Assembly: GCF_963853765.1 (NCBI RefSeq)
Contig: NC_088857.1
Location: 19,902,001 to 19,966,000 of the forward strand
DNA: 64,000 bases
Direction: 5' to 3'
DNA from: Magallana gigas
Lineage: Eukaryota
The first letter of the stretch is position 1, and the number at the start of each line of letters is the position of its first letter. This document shows, one piece after another, positions 13,501-26,445 of this stretch. Under the pieces are notes generated by a model. That model was given only the letters and a program-made list of their open reading frames with translations. It made no database searches and was not told where the DNA came from. The position numbers were made by a program, and so were the translations under genes.

Positions 13501-14644
13501 AGGGTCTTAATTGCTATACCACCCAGGAGTGCGAGGTCGGTTGTTGTTACGGACCCGACGGACAGCTCCTGGATATGTCCACTTACGGACCAGGTGGCCC
13601 TAAGGAATACCAAGGTATGTGCAACCTTTTAAAAGTTAAACATCAACGATAAACTTATTTGGAAATTCATTATTCATACGATTTACAGAGATATCTAGGC
13701 TTCGTAAGTTGGTTTTTGCATTTTGTTGTGGCCAGCCTTTAAAATCACTACCTGATCAGTCATATCATGTATTTTAGTAAGTTTAGCATTGTGTATATTT
13801 TATTTTTTGTTTGGTTAATTTACGATTTTCCGGACACATGCAAACATAGTAACTAAACCCCACACATTCAACATGCTTAAAAAAAATTTCCAAAGAAAAC
13901 CTCCATTATGAATATTTATTGACAAATAGTCTATGTCTATGCCGATCGATTCACTGTTTGATTTTACACTTGAATTCAGTAACCGGCAAATGTTGGATCC
14001 GTACCCCAGGTCGCAAGGATCGATGTGATGACCTGTGCCCTTGCTCTACAGGTAAGTTTAAACTCTTTCTTAATTCAGGTCTCATTGTCTATTGACACTG
14101 TTTCATTCACTTTTAATTTTGAAGAACATCATTCCTCATTTTGAATTTGCAACCATTGATGACAAGCTTCGTTTATGATTCAACCATGTTTTTTAGAATT
14201 CAATCATAATTTTCAATTTCCATATATCATGTCTTGATTTGTTTTCTGGTCTTGCTGTTTAACCCAATATCAAAAACGATTGACTAGAATTGGGATTCTT
14301 CAACAGCTTTTTATGTAAATTGTATGTATGTTCTTGAAAACAGATAACGACACCTCAGTGCAAACAACAAAAATAGTCTTTCATGTTTAGCTTAGCTGCT
14401 TTGCAATAATTACTCGTATGGTCAAAGCTTGTGCACATTTATTTTCATAGGAAATACGTGTTACAAAAGGTACCTACCTGATTATAAACTTGCCGAGACA
14501 TTGGCCCAAAACAAATCCGTAAATATCTATGACGTCAAAATCCCGCCTCCTCCGGCGGAGTGTGTTCTTAATGAAATCGTGGAGGCAGAGAGAAATGCTT
14601 TTTGGCGGTGCTATTTTGACATTCATTGTTCCGCTCAAGTCTGA
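7527..14644 (+). CDS. Secreted Gln/Pro/Trp-rich protein with C-terminal prokineticin/colipase-like Cys domain, isoform A (698 aa)
   Basis: Phase-consistent exons: 7527-7604 (signal peptide MKRLRILKLSLALCLLIDNCIFAVNG), 10325-10537, 11110-12022, 12413-12874, 13450-13614 (C-x5-C-x3-CC), 13980-14051 (C..C-x3-CPC), 14451-14644. All GT-AG; total 2097 nt, open frame. Confidence 0.85.
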
Positions 14645-15840
14645 TTTAATACTTTGGACATTACATATCTGTCTCCAGTTTGATATTAATGAGATTATTT
14701 TCGTGATAACTTTTACAGTAGCATTAGAAATGCTCAGTGATGGTTCTTATTATATCTGTAAATTATGCACATATCACTAATTGCTCAAACACTCGTACGT
14801 AAATTTTGTTGTTTAATACCAAAACTAACACAACGTGCGACTTCTCCATGCTTTTATTTTTAAAAATTGTAATATATGTTCATTGTTCAACATACGATTT
14901 GTGCTTTGTGTAGTCAGTCAAATTGTGAATTGTGATATAAATTTTATTAACACTTGTTTAATAAACGTCGATGAAGCTTTTACTACATTCATTTTGTGGG
15001 TGTGGGAATGAAATAGTCACAGTTTATATCGCCTCGCTGTTTCGGCTTCCTTTAACCACTAATGATGCACTGCCTCTGTGAAATTCATCAGCACAGGTAA
15101 GAAGTCCATTTTTGGAAAATTAGCTAGTCTTGTAAAGTGTAAAACACGCTTTATTAATTATTTCACTGTTGCTTACGAATAGGCATTTCAAAATTTTAAA
15201 TGCTTAATATTACAATTTAATCTTTTTTGGTTTTTTGCAAAACATTTTGACAAGTAGGCAAGGTACGTTTTCTCTTCCATGTTTTTACTGATTAGAAAAA
15301 TGCATACATCATTCAAATAAATTTATAATGTTATATTGTGTATCAAAGCATGCTGCTAGTTTGCCAAAAATGGTGTTTAGTTGACCCATGCAAACAATTT
15401 TACATGTTAATGATTTTGTTATACCCACTTGGTGCCTAAAATTACCAAATAGATGTTCACTCAACAAAAACTGTTAATGAGTAATGAGTACACTAATAAA
15501 TAATTTATTTTTACCAATATTTTTACACTAAAAGCAGTACAAGTACAAAGACCATGCTGTAAAAAATAAACAAAAATTTTACGTAATTTTTTTTTTAATA
15601 TAAGGAACTTTGAATGATATTGTCGCAGTACTTACTACCCACAGAATCACGTAACAAACTAAACTGCTTTCATTTGTCGTTATGTTGAATGTTATCATCT
15701 TGTTAATATTATAGTGCTGTATCTGTGAATGAAACTTTACTAACGTATTGTAATGCTAGAACGGTCTTTATAGCAAACCCCTTTGTTTACATATCTCCTA
15801 ATATAGACAGTTGACTTATACGTGCATTTCCTTTCCTTAG

Positions 15841-16025
15841 GGTATACGTGTGACCAGGATTACAACCCGATCTATCCAGGAACTCCACAGTACGTCCCAG
15901 GAGGCAAGAAAATGTTCACCAAGCCTCCACGCAAATGCAAGGATAGCAAAATCGTTAAAATTAAACAAATTGTATTCTGGGAGTGTTACAAGGACCACTT
16001 CTGCTCCGGATTCCCCAATGTCTAG
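15841..16025 (+). CDS. Alternative terminal exon B of the Q/P-rich Cys-domain gene (isoform B, 695 aa)
   Basis: Strong acceptor CATTTCCTTTCCTTAG, phase 1 matching the exon 6 donor; encodes GYTCDQDYNPIYP..PPRKC-x15-CYKDHFCSGFPNV*, a paralog of exon A; AATAAA at 16562. Confidence 0.8.
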
Positions 16026-17337
16026 GAGACAACCTTTCTCATGCAGCGTGGCTCGTGCTATTCTGAGCCAAAGGAGTCTTATCTATTTTCTCTAAGTAGT
16101 ATATGCCTTATTTTGTAATTTAAGAAAAAAAATGGCTAAATTTGCGATGGCGGTGACAATTTAATGTGGCAAACACTGAACACGTTGCTCGTAATTGGTT
16201 CACCGGGTTTTAGTGATATGACCTGACTTCTTCGTTGTGATTGCTTCTGTGGATTATGTGTTTATGAACACTTACAGAGATCATCCCCCAAAGAGAGAAT
16301 TGTGTTAATTTATCAATCGTACCATTTAAATCTGATGACAGTCGCCCAACTTCTTTTACTTTATAAATATTTGAGGCATGACTGGAAACGTGTTCAAATG
16401 TTTCTACCTAAGGTGGGGGGATTTACAGAAATTATTGTAGTTTTCATATAAAGATTTTGTTGTTGTCCTATTTATGAACGTGAAGAACTATTTATACAAC
16501 TACAGTGGTTATCATTTTCTTATGTCACATAAACATTGTCATAGATGCGGTTTGGATGATAAATAAACCGTTTTTACATCCTGATGTGTGAATTTATTTG
16601 TCTTCACTCGAATAGAAATTCTAATTAAATTGGACAACTTTTCTTCGGTGTCTTCAGAGTTTTAATGAATGCTTGTGAAACATCACGTTTTTGCGCATAA
16701 ATTTAATTGATGGTAGGTATATGTTTGCCCAGAAAAAAAACACACGCAAGGTAAAAACTTTAAAACCAAAATAAGATACGATCTTTTTTTCTTTTTTTTT
16801 GCCTATATAGATATGAAAGTATACTGAGTTATGGACCAAAAAAATAAATATTTTAAATGATAGATGAACGAAATGTTGATCACGTTCTTTAATAAGAGTT
16901 ATTTTTAGCACAAGGCGTTTACAACAGGGCTATTTTAGATACAAAACACAGGTAATATACACGATTCCATTCGTGGTAATATTTCTCAAACGATGATGAC
17001 TATAATTATGCTCAGTGACAAAATAATTCCGTGATATTTGTGACATTTATCTTGAAATGACATTTTGTATAAATCTAATGCACCAGAGACATGTATGCAT
17101 AGCATTATCAAATTTTATTAATTAAAGTTAACATAATTATTTGATTAAAATGTTACTATGTATATAGTGCTGTAAAACTGTCCCTCCAAAGTATTCGCAC
17201 ATAGTCAACCTATTTTATGTTTCTGTGTTGTTTTATTTCCGGTGAAAAACAATGTATATTCGGTCTGCTCCCGCGTATTAATAGCGTTTCATAAATATAT
17301 TTAACTATATGCATTAACTAGGGTTTTGGTTTTGCAG

Positions 17338-17525
17338 AGGAACTTGTATGTTATCGGAAATACATTCCAGTGTATCCGAGAAATAAATCCAAAAGCGGAA
17401 AGGAAGTAGAAGTCGAAATGCCAGTTCCTCCCCGGAAGTGTGTTGGACACGAGATTGCTGATGCTGAAAGAAAGGCATTCTGGGATTGTTACAGAGATTC
17501 TAATTGTTCTGGGTCTCCTCCATAG
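17338..17525 (+). CDS. Alternative terminal exon C of the Q/P-rich Cys-domain gene (isoform C, 696 aa)
   Basis: Acceptor GTTTTGGTTTTGCAG, phase 1; encodes EELVCYRKYIPVYP..PPRKC-x15-CYRDSNCSGSPP*; missed by the ORF track; AATAAA at 17912. Confidence 0.8.
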
Positions 17526-20500
17526 CTACTTAGCCTCTTGGAAATCTGTTTCACTGTAAAACATTGTCTGTCTGTTGTGGTGTTCTCATTTTTAATATGA
17601 TCGCATGTGCCATATGACATTTGATGACGAAATAATATAAAAATTACGTTATATATGCATTCAGTCTCTCTTTACTATTTCATCATTTCAGTGACGAAAT
17701 GCTATTTTTTTGTCGAACGATAACACTTACTGGGTCAAATGAAGAAAATGATGTAAACAATCGCTATACTCTGAAATATCTGAAGAAAAATTCGAATTCA
17801 GACAGATATTAGACGTTTTCGAATCAATGAACAATAAGAGGACTGTTTTCATATGTTTGACTGGCACTGTAATTAGGGGATTTTCAGTGTGCAGCCCTAA
17901 GTTTCGAAGAGAATAAAACTGCAAAAAGTACGAAGATTTGGTTTAACGATACCACTGGAACATCGGTCATTAAAAAATAGAACGGGAAATTTTGTTCGAT
18001 ATCCTTTCTGTAATTTGTTTTGAATAATGATGTGTTTATACCCCACAAAGAATGTTATATGTTTTCTACACTTCTACACATCGAACGTTGCATGCAAATT
18101 TTTTTAGTATTTCACTAAAATATATTTTAAATTTGGAACGTAAAACCCGACATCAAAATCTTAAATCTTAAGATGTTGCTTATATGAAAACCAAAGGAAA
18201 GTAACTATATGTCTTTAGGAAACTATCTATATTAATCCATACCTAAGGGATGAGTCTCTTTGTAAAAGGGTATAGGAATCAATCCAGAGTACAACGTCAA
18301 TTATGGTAGAAACCAGCCATAACACTGAAGAAACTTTGGGGGAATGATTAGTCCATGCACTAATTTACAAAAAAAAATTCATTAATAACAATCGACATCA
18401 TGGCACAGTAAAACTCACTTTTATATACTACTAGTATATATAATATATTCTAGTTATATTTTACCCACATCATATATCATATCATATATATTCAAATCAA
18501 ATTTCATCAAACAACTGTACAATTGTCACCCCCACCCCTTGATAGGCTCTTTAAAATCTAAGCTTATAGCATTATATTAACCAGGAAGTTAATTTTTGCC
18601 TTAAAGGAGGAAACAAAAAAGCAATTGTGTTCCTTAAGGACGCTGTTCTTTCGCTGTTGTCACAAATGTATCAATGTGTGAGTCAGTGTATACCGTTTTA
18701 ACCTGTACAGCAATAAATATCAACCCGTGTAGTGGAATTATCAATTCTACTGTGAAATGTTTAAAGACAACTTGGTTATACCTGTATTCACTCGTGCCTA
18801 ACAAAGCAAAATTTGATTAATCTTTGTATACCTGTATCGGTAAGAAATAGAATACAGACAGTATATTACACTTAAAGGTACCCATTGTCATTAATTTATG
18901 ATTGATGTACAGAATTTGACAATAAAGCATTGTGCAACCCTGGTAATAAATGGAATATTTTATTACAAATATTTGTATTCACCAGAATGCACTGGGAACT
19001 TGTTAGGTTTGGTGTTAATCATGGTTCACTGTTCATTTCCTGAACTATACATATCCTTCATTTATCCCTGTGTTCTATTTAAACAGGGTCACTTTTGGCC
19101 ATAATCCCATTAATATCAGAAAAATAAACCTAAGGACAAAAATGAGCTCGTTTAACTTTTATGGCTACGGTAACTGATATGGCACGAGTAACTTTCAAAT
19201 TACAAGACGCATATTATATTACATGTAACTTCATAGGATCCTCTAAACAGTATAAAAATAATTGTCGTATTTTTTTATCTTTGAGAAAAGTACAATTCAT
19301 TAAGTTTTACATTATAATAAGTAAGTTTAATATCCAGTTTATTTTCAAAATGCGAAAAATGTCAAAACATGTATTTTCCCCAGAAAAATGTATTTAATTT
19401 ACAAAAACAAAGGCCTGATCATAAAGAGACATTTCTTTTGCTAAATTCGTATGCTAAATGGGTAGGAATATTTGCAAGCAAAAAAGTGCATATTGCTAAG
19501 TATTCAACTACGGTGTACTATAAATTGGTCTCATACATTGTTTGGAATATGCCATGTACTGTAAATTTCTGTTTATTCTACATGTTACTGTTGAACATCT
19601 AAGGGTACGGGTAGGTAACTCAAACTATAATACTAGGCAGATACAGCAAGGTTCAAAATAATACAACCTTCGTATACGGACAGATTTCAGCAAGTTTTGT
19701 GTCTTTAATTCACCCATATGGTACTTCAAAAGGACAGTAACACCATGTTATATCGTAAATATTTTAAGTTATGTCAAAGGAAATTTAGAGAATATGTTAC
19801 AATAACACTCAGATAATCAATACAGTAGATGTATGGAGATTGGAGCTGGGTTATTTATGCACGAGTCATTTATTCGGTTACCATTACAGTCGTAACAGTT
19901 ATCCCTTAGTAGAACATAAAGTAGAAAAGTAAACATATTTCACACCCACGCAATCTATTCTACATGGGGCTACATTGAGTATATACATAGAGAACATAAC
20001 ATACTGTTCTTGCAGTCCTTCTCATTGAACACATTGTACACGTGATTATCATGGTCCACAGCCTGTATTTCAGATCCACAGATAACACTGTATACATCGG
20101 TACATGTACCAGTGAAAGTTTGATACTAATCCTGTTCGGTTTTATTTTTATCAATCAAAAGTTATTTCGAATTCGCTTCAATGACCCCGCTATATTCCAT
20201 GTTTATTCATCGCGTCACCAAACGCGCTCACCCAACCGTACCAAAACCAGCAGATTTAACTGCACAAAGGGAGGGACAACGGTTGGAATTTTTGAGGCAC
20301 CTGAATTAAAGCACACCCGATCTAGTTTCCTTGTTTTATGGTGAAATCTCTATTGAAAAAAATATCATAGTCTGGGCGCGTGTGACGCAAGGACCAACAG
20401 AGTGATGCCGACAAATTGACTATCATTCGCCTGTTTGTCAACAGTTATTGCGACAGACATACGGTGGGATTAAAAAACGTGGCCATACTGAGTCGATTGA

Positions 20501-21613
20501 CAATATATCTTCTGATAAGAACTTGATTCAGGGTGAAGATTTATTGGATCTTGTCTGCATCGTGAGTTCTGTTTACAGTTTGCGTGGGGAATCGCCATAT
20601 GGAGTAATACAGATGTGAGCTACAGTGAGATATGGACATCTAAATGGTATGTCATAATCAAATTATAGTACTTTTGATTTAGTTTATATACATACTGCAG
20701 TTCTTTAAATATTAACCTCCAATATGAAACTTGTTTAGATACATATATGTATAGCTATTTTTGTTTTTGATTTTGGTATCTGATTGTTGAAGCCTAAAAT
20801 TTTGAATGGTGTTATTCAATGAACACTTCAATGCTGTTCATTGGGTGTATATAATGCAAAAGTTTGGACCACATAGATAAGATAGTAAGTTCAGTTTGTG
20901 AATAGCTTGGCCTAGAATGCCTGTTTATATATGGTCCCCGTCAGCTGATCCGAAAGGGGGGACGTGTTAGAGTGTTTGTATGCCTATTGTGTCCACATTC
21001 ATTAAAAAATACACCTTTGTTACCTGTCCGAAAAGAGGACTTAACAATTGAATGGCCGCTTTACCTATAGCTTTATGTAATACAGTCACGATTTAGTTTT
21101 GAACAGCCCGTAAACATTTTCTCCTTTTTTAAAAATTCTATACACATTTAAAGATTGCCAGGTAATAAGAGTGGAAGGAATTTTTCTTGCGACGTTTTAA
21201 ATTTCGCAACAGAACTATTTTAACAAAAACCTGTTTCCTATCTTACCGTTGTCGTGATTTCTTAATCGCGGTTAAATCGAAATCAAATGGTAAACAGGTT
21301 TTCTAAAATCTTGAATAAAATACAGCGATGTAAATAACCATTGACATATATTTAAACTTGGTAGTTGTGACGTATTGATATCTGTGTTCGTCTGCAAAAG
21401 AATTCAAAAAAGACAATTGATAACATCGTAATTTAAAAAGCAGTTTAATGATCCATTGAAAACACTAAGACTTAAAATATTTCTGTAACAGGAAGTCGAT
21501 AATTGATCTGATTGAATTTTACGATTGAAATGTCATTTATCTTTTAGATGACATCGTTTTGGATATCAGGACTGACGGCAGCTTTTTAGAGTACATTGTA
21601 AACGTAAAAAGTG

Positions 21614-23609
21614 ATGTCGACATTAGCAGTGCCCGTTTCTGTGAAGAGGAGTTCCTCCCAGAGGTCACCACCCCGGGCCAAGAGAGGGGCGGATGTCAGG
21701 AGGACAAACAGCTTCAACCTCCTAGCCCGGCCCAGCAAACCGGGGGATCGCCTGAACGTGGAGTTGCTTTACAGTCTTACTCCATATAAAGAAAATGTGG
21801 ATGAAGTCTCGGAATATGCTCGCTCAATACTGATTAACGCAATTAAAATGGAACCCCATGTGCATGACATTTTCTTTCCAAACGAGAATCCAGACCCAGT
21901 GTTAGATTATATAGATACCCGAGGGTTTCCAATGGACAAACTTGCAACGGCTTTGGTTGCTGAAAGCATATCTAAGATAAAAGACGAGTATAAGTTTCAT
22001 CAAATGATTGATAAAAGCTCGCTACAAGATGTGTTGAGAGATATTTATAATGGTCTGCAATGGAAAAAACTTGGTAGGTTGCGAAAGTACATTAATTTCA
22101 GAAGCTAGCTTGTCATGTCGAAATTGTTAAATGAGACAATGGTAATTTGGGATAACAATTTCCAATTTTACCCAAGATAATATGCAATATTTATCAATGC
22201 TGAATGCTAAAAGTGCAAACTATATTAAGAATTATGTCATATGGTTAAATCCACTGGCAAATTACATTCACATTGACTGGGTCATTGTTTCGAACACCAA
22301 CTAAAATAAAAAGATGGTGAACCGTAAGAGCAACAATTTTGCCCAATCAATATATTTATGGTATCATTGCACGAATTCTGATTAGTGCCCATGTTCAATT
22401 ATTCGGGACGGCTTGATTTTACCTTTCAAAAAGAAACTATGAAATGTTTTCACAAATCAGAATAAACTTTATTGTATACACAATATACATGTTAACATTC
22501 AACAAGCAATTTTGAATTGAAGGGAGCAATATTTAGGTGTAAAATGAATGATATCATAGGTAGAGAAAAAGTTTTATAAACTACTGTATAAATTAATTTT
22601 TAATGCAATAACAATAAAGCACATCATTGACATAACAATTGAATTAAAATTGCAGGTTTCTGTCTCTACTCGTTGACATATCCAGATGTGGTCAGAGACC
22701 AGAAAACGGGGGTCTGTCTACGAGATTTCATCGACGACAATGGGTAAAATATCCGAATTTGACCATATTCAACCTGCATGAATTAATTCAGTTGCATGTA
22801 AATCAATACATAACTACATGTACTTGTAACATGTAGCAATTGTTTCTTGCTGTGTTCATTAGGCACGTCTGGGCAGAGAAACTCCTGGCCCACATTATGG
22901 AGCCTCGCTGGACTCTAACGTGGATGTTCCGTATAGTGCGAGGACAGTGCACGGAGGCGGACTATAACAGAGAAATGAACGCTCTCTTTGTCAAAATCCA
23001 CCTTCTGGACCCGCAAGTGGTTATACCTGCCTTCCAGTTCCTGCTCAACCAGAAAGGTACGTCAACACTTTGCAACGCATTTAATGATTAGAATTACCTT
23101 GTGATGCCATATTTCATGGATACACTATATCCACTAATGATATTTCTAAACGAGTCAGCGCTTTATTTTTTAGAGTCCGCGAAATTTTGCCTAAACGAAA
23201 ATAAAATGTCTGTATAAAATAGGGGTTCAATAAATAAGTTTGGTGTACCAATTTTCAGTATATTATCTTATAATAAATTTAAATGTCATTTCAATGTACG
23301 GTACCTAACTTGAAACTTTGTACATTTTTTACAGCACTTCCGTCAGTAAATTTAGAGCTAGCAACAAGGAACTACCTTGGCGGGTCTTTAGACTCCTCCC
23401 TCTTAGACGAGGAAGTAATGGCGGCTGAACACAAAGACTCGGTACCTCTGAACGCCTCACGGATCAGCCTCTCCGACCTGGAGGTAACCCACGGGGTGGA
23501 GGTAGAGGAATTTATCACCAGTGAATGCAGAACTCTTGACATCTGGAACGAAAAACGGCCTGAAAACTCCAAACTCTCCAAAGCACGTGACCGATGTGTC
23601 GTCATGTAA
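21614..23609 (+). CDS. Uncharacterised 338-aa protein with C-terminal CaaX box (CVVM)
   Basis: Exons 21614-22073, 22656-22743, 22863-23056, 23335-23609 join in frame (phases 1,2,1); basic disordered N-terminus, helical-looking core, ends SKARDRCVVM*. Probable 5'UTR exon ends at donor 20646; acceptor at 21548. Confidence 0.8.
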
Positions 23610-24736
23610 TTGTGCGTTGTGTATTAGCCAAACCTACTTTTTCTTTTATGCTCTTTATTTCAGCAGCTAGAATGTTTTATATATGTCTCAGATCTACATC
23701 CTTGTAAATAGTTTTGATGCATTTGACAAGTATTAATACTCATTAAAATATTATTTTCATGTTAATTTCAAATGATATTTTTTCGGTCGAAGAATGCAAC
23801 ATATTTCTTGCAATATACAGGACTTTTCCCGTCATACTGCTTTTAAAAGCTGTGATTAGCGATAAATCTTGTGGATTCCCACGGTGGTTTCTGCTGGAAT
23901 ATAGTTGAAACATGTTAAATACATGTGTTTCACAATTGTAGCAAAGCAATCTGCACTTATTAACACGTTGCATTACATCTCCGATGTACATTACAGTGTA
24001 TTCAACACCATTTATCAGGGGTAATGATTATTGTGTCCTCAGGACAGACGAATTAACTTACACGGCAGTTAACTGACGGTCCAAATCACGACTCGTGTAC
24101 AATTAACAACTGTCGCTACAGATCTCCATTGAACTATGAGCAGTCTGGTGTCGGCCATTCAATTCCAATTATTTACTTAAATATAAAATGTCATTTTGTC
24201 AGCTTTGTCATGCAGCCACCAGCCGATTGCTATAATGACTTCTCTCCGAAGTGAAATATCGTTCTTGCGCAATTTTTATGAAACTTTAACTACGCCGCAA
24301 GTTGTGTTAATGTGTGCGTGTCAACATGGTCAACCTCGAAAGTTTGATGAATACAAGGGCATTTATTAGAAATGCTAATTTATACGTGCGGCTATACATT
24401 ATTTATCTGTTAACTTTTCAAAGAAATTTTATATCTGTAGGTAATGCGTTAACGTGTAGCTACACTGACTAGATGTACGTGTAACGCAAAAACGCATTTA
24501 ATGACTAGGCAAGGAGCAGACTCTTTATGCTTTCATCATAATCCTATATCGATATAGTTGCTCCCCTCTGTTACGGGAGGTAACTCTCACCTCTATAAAT
24601 GTACTTCCTATAAATGCTTATAGTTTCAAGTAAATTGGAGATTTATTTTAAAAAAAACCAGAAAAATTTATTCAATATCAATTTTTTTTTACATATAAAG
24701 GGTTGATAAATTCCATGTTGTCTGACCTTAACTTAA

Positions 24737-25191
24737 AGGGGCATGGTCACGTTTTTGGTCAAAAATTATTTTTCCGATTTTTTTATAGGCGACTTAAATT
24801 TGAGTGTCATTTGTTGAGTTATAAGCGAGCTATAGAGCTCGAAATTCTTCGCTATGTAAACAAAGCGTTGACGTAAAAATTTCAGTTTTGAACATAAAAC
24901 GAATGTTTTAGACGTTAGGAACTGTTTATCTATGCTTAAAATAAGTAAAAAGATCGACAAATAATCTAGTAAAAGATATTTTACTACATGTATTATATTG
25001 AACCTACGTAAACAAAAACAGGGCACGAGCCTTGTTTATTACATGACAAAGAACTGTGAGCCCTGTATGTTGCTTATAACTCTACGAATGACTCTCAAAT
25101 TTTATTTGATCATTAGAAATGCATTTCGAAAGCATCGTAAATAATAAAAAACATAAAAATAGAATTTGACCAAAATCGTGACCATGCCCCT
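24737..25191. mobile_element. Kolobok-like MITE with TTAA target duplication
   Basis: TTAA|AGGGGCATGGTCACG ... CGTGACCATGCCCCT|TTAA; 455 bp, no ORF. Confidence 0.85.
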
Positions 25192-26445
25192 TTAAAGATT
25201 TGAAATCCTTTTGGATTATGCAATATAACATTAAGAAATTCTGTGAGATTTTATTGCTTTTAATTGCACTCATATTGTTGAACAGATATCAACATGTAAT
25301 AGTATAAATACTTCAATATTTAAGCTAAGAATTTACAGCACATTGAGTCATCTTTATCGAGCATTAATCAGATATGCCTTTCTTTCCCTCTTTCAGCGTT
25401 AATAAAATATAGGAGACATTTGGCCAAAAATGACTATTACATGGTTTTTCATATAGCCTTTTCCTTGTTTAAGCGAGTAATAATTATAGCCCTGTGCCTA
25501 TAAATAAAGTAAAATATGAAACAATGAAACGGTATATTATGCACAACAGCTTTTACAATAATAGATTCACAAATAAATTTGAACATGATAATGGTAATGA
25601 AAAAGAACATCAAACAAACACAATGCCTCGCACAAGAAAGAAAACACATACCAAAAAAATTAAAAATAAAAAATAATTCAGGTTAAAGCTACAGTTCCAA
25701 CCATAGAAAAAATGTTTTATTGCGCACAAAAAGTTGCGCATGGTCTTGGATCATTAACCTAATTTAGGAATATATTCTCTAAAAATTTTAATACCAAAAT
25801 ATTCTTGAGACATATTACTTTAGAAGCAAGTCTCTTTGGTATGAATGGAACTCTAGCAACCCAAACTTCGCGCTGAGCTATAGTTCTGCAACGTGTCCTG
25901 TTTGTAATAAAAACGTGACTGAAATAATAGAGTTGAGCATTGAGAACTCCAATGATGTTGGATTGCTTGATAAATACATGTATCACATGACGTTTTTCAA
26001 TAGGTACCTATCACAGATCTAGATTTATCACATTTATAGCTGTCTACAGAAATAAAAAGGTTCGTAATCAATTACTTCACTAAGAAATTGAAATAAGAGC
26101 AAACTGACTATATGTACAATTCTTAGATACACATATAAAAATTTTAAGGTTAAAATGAAACTGAATATGGCACAAGATACAAGATTTATCATTTCGAATT
26201 CATACATATACCGAGTATTTAAACCCCTTTTTATAAATACATGCAGCTATCGACATCACAGTGTACCAAATTCGTTTCGCATCCTGACAGTCCGTTTCAT
26301 CTTTCATTTCATCCAATCACACCACACGATGTATATTTTACATCTTGACAGCTGTTTCATTCACATCCGGATACACAATTTCTATTTCGCATCTTGACAC
26401 TGATAAAGTCGTTTATTTCAATTACATCTAAGCACAGAAATAAAT

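Noticed and set aside
15020-15102. Strong donor-like CAG|GTAAG at ~15097 between terminal exons A and B, as a possible extra exon
   Set aside because: The phase-1 frame is blocked by TAA-TGA, with no homology to exon 6 and no clear acceptor.
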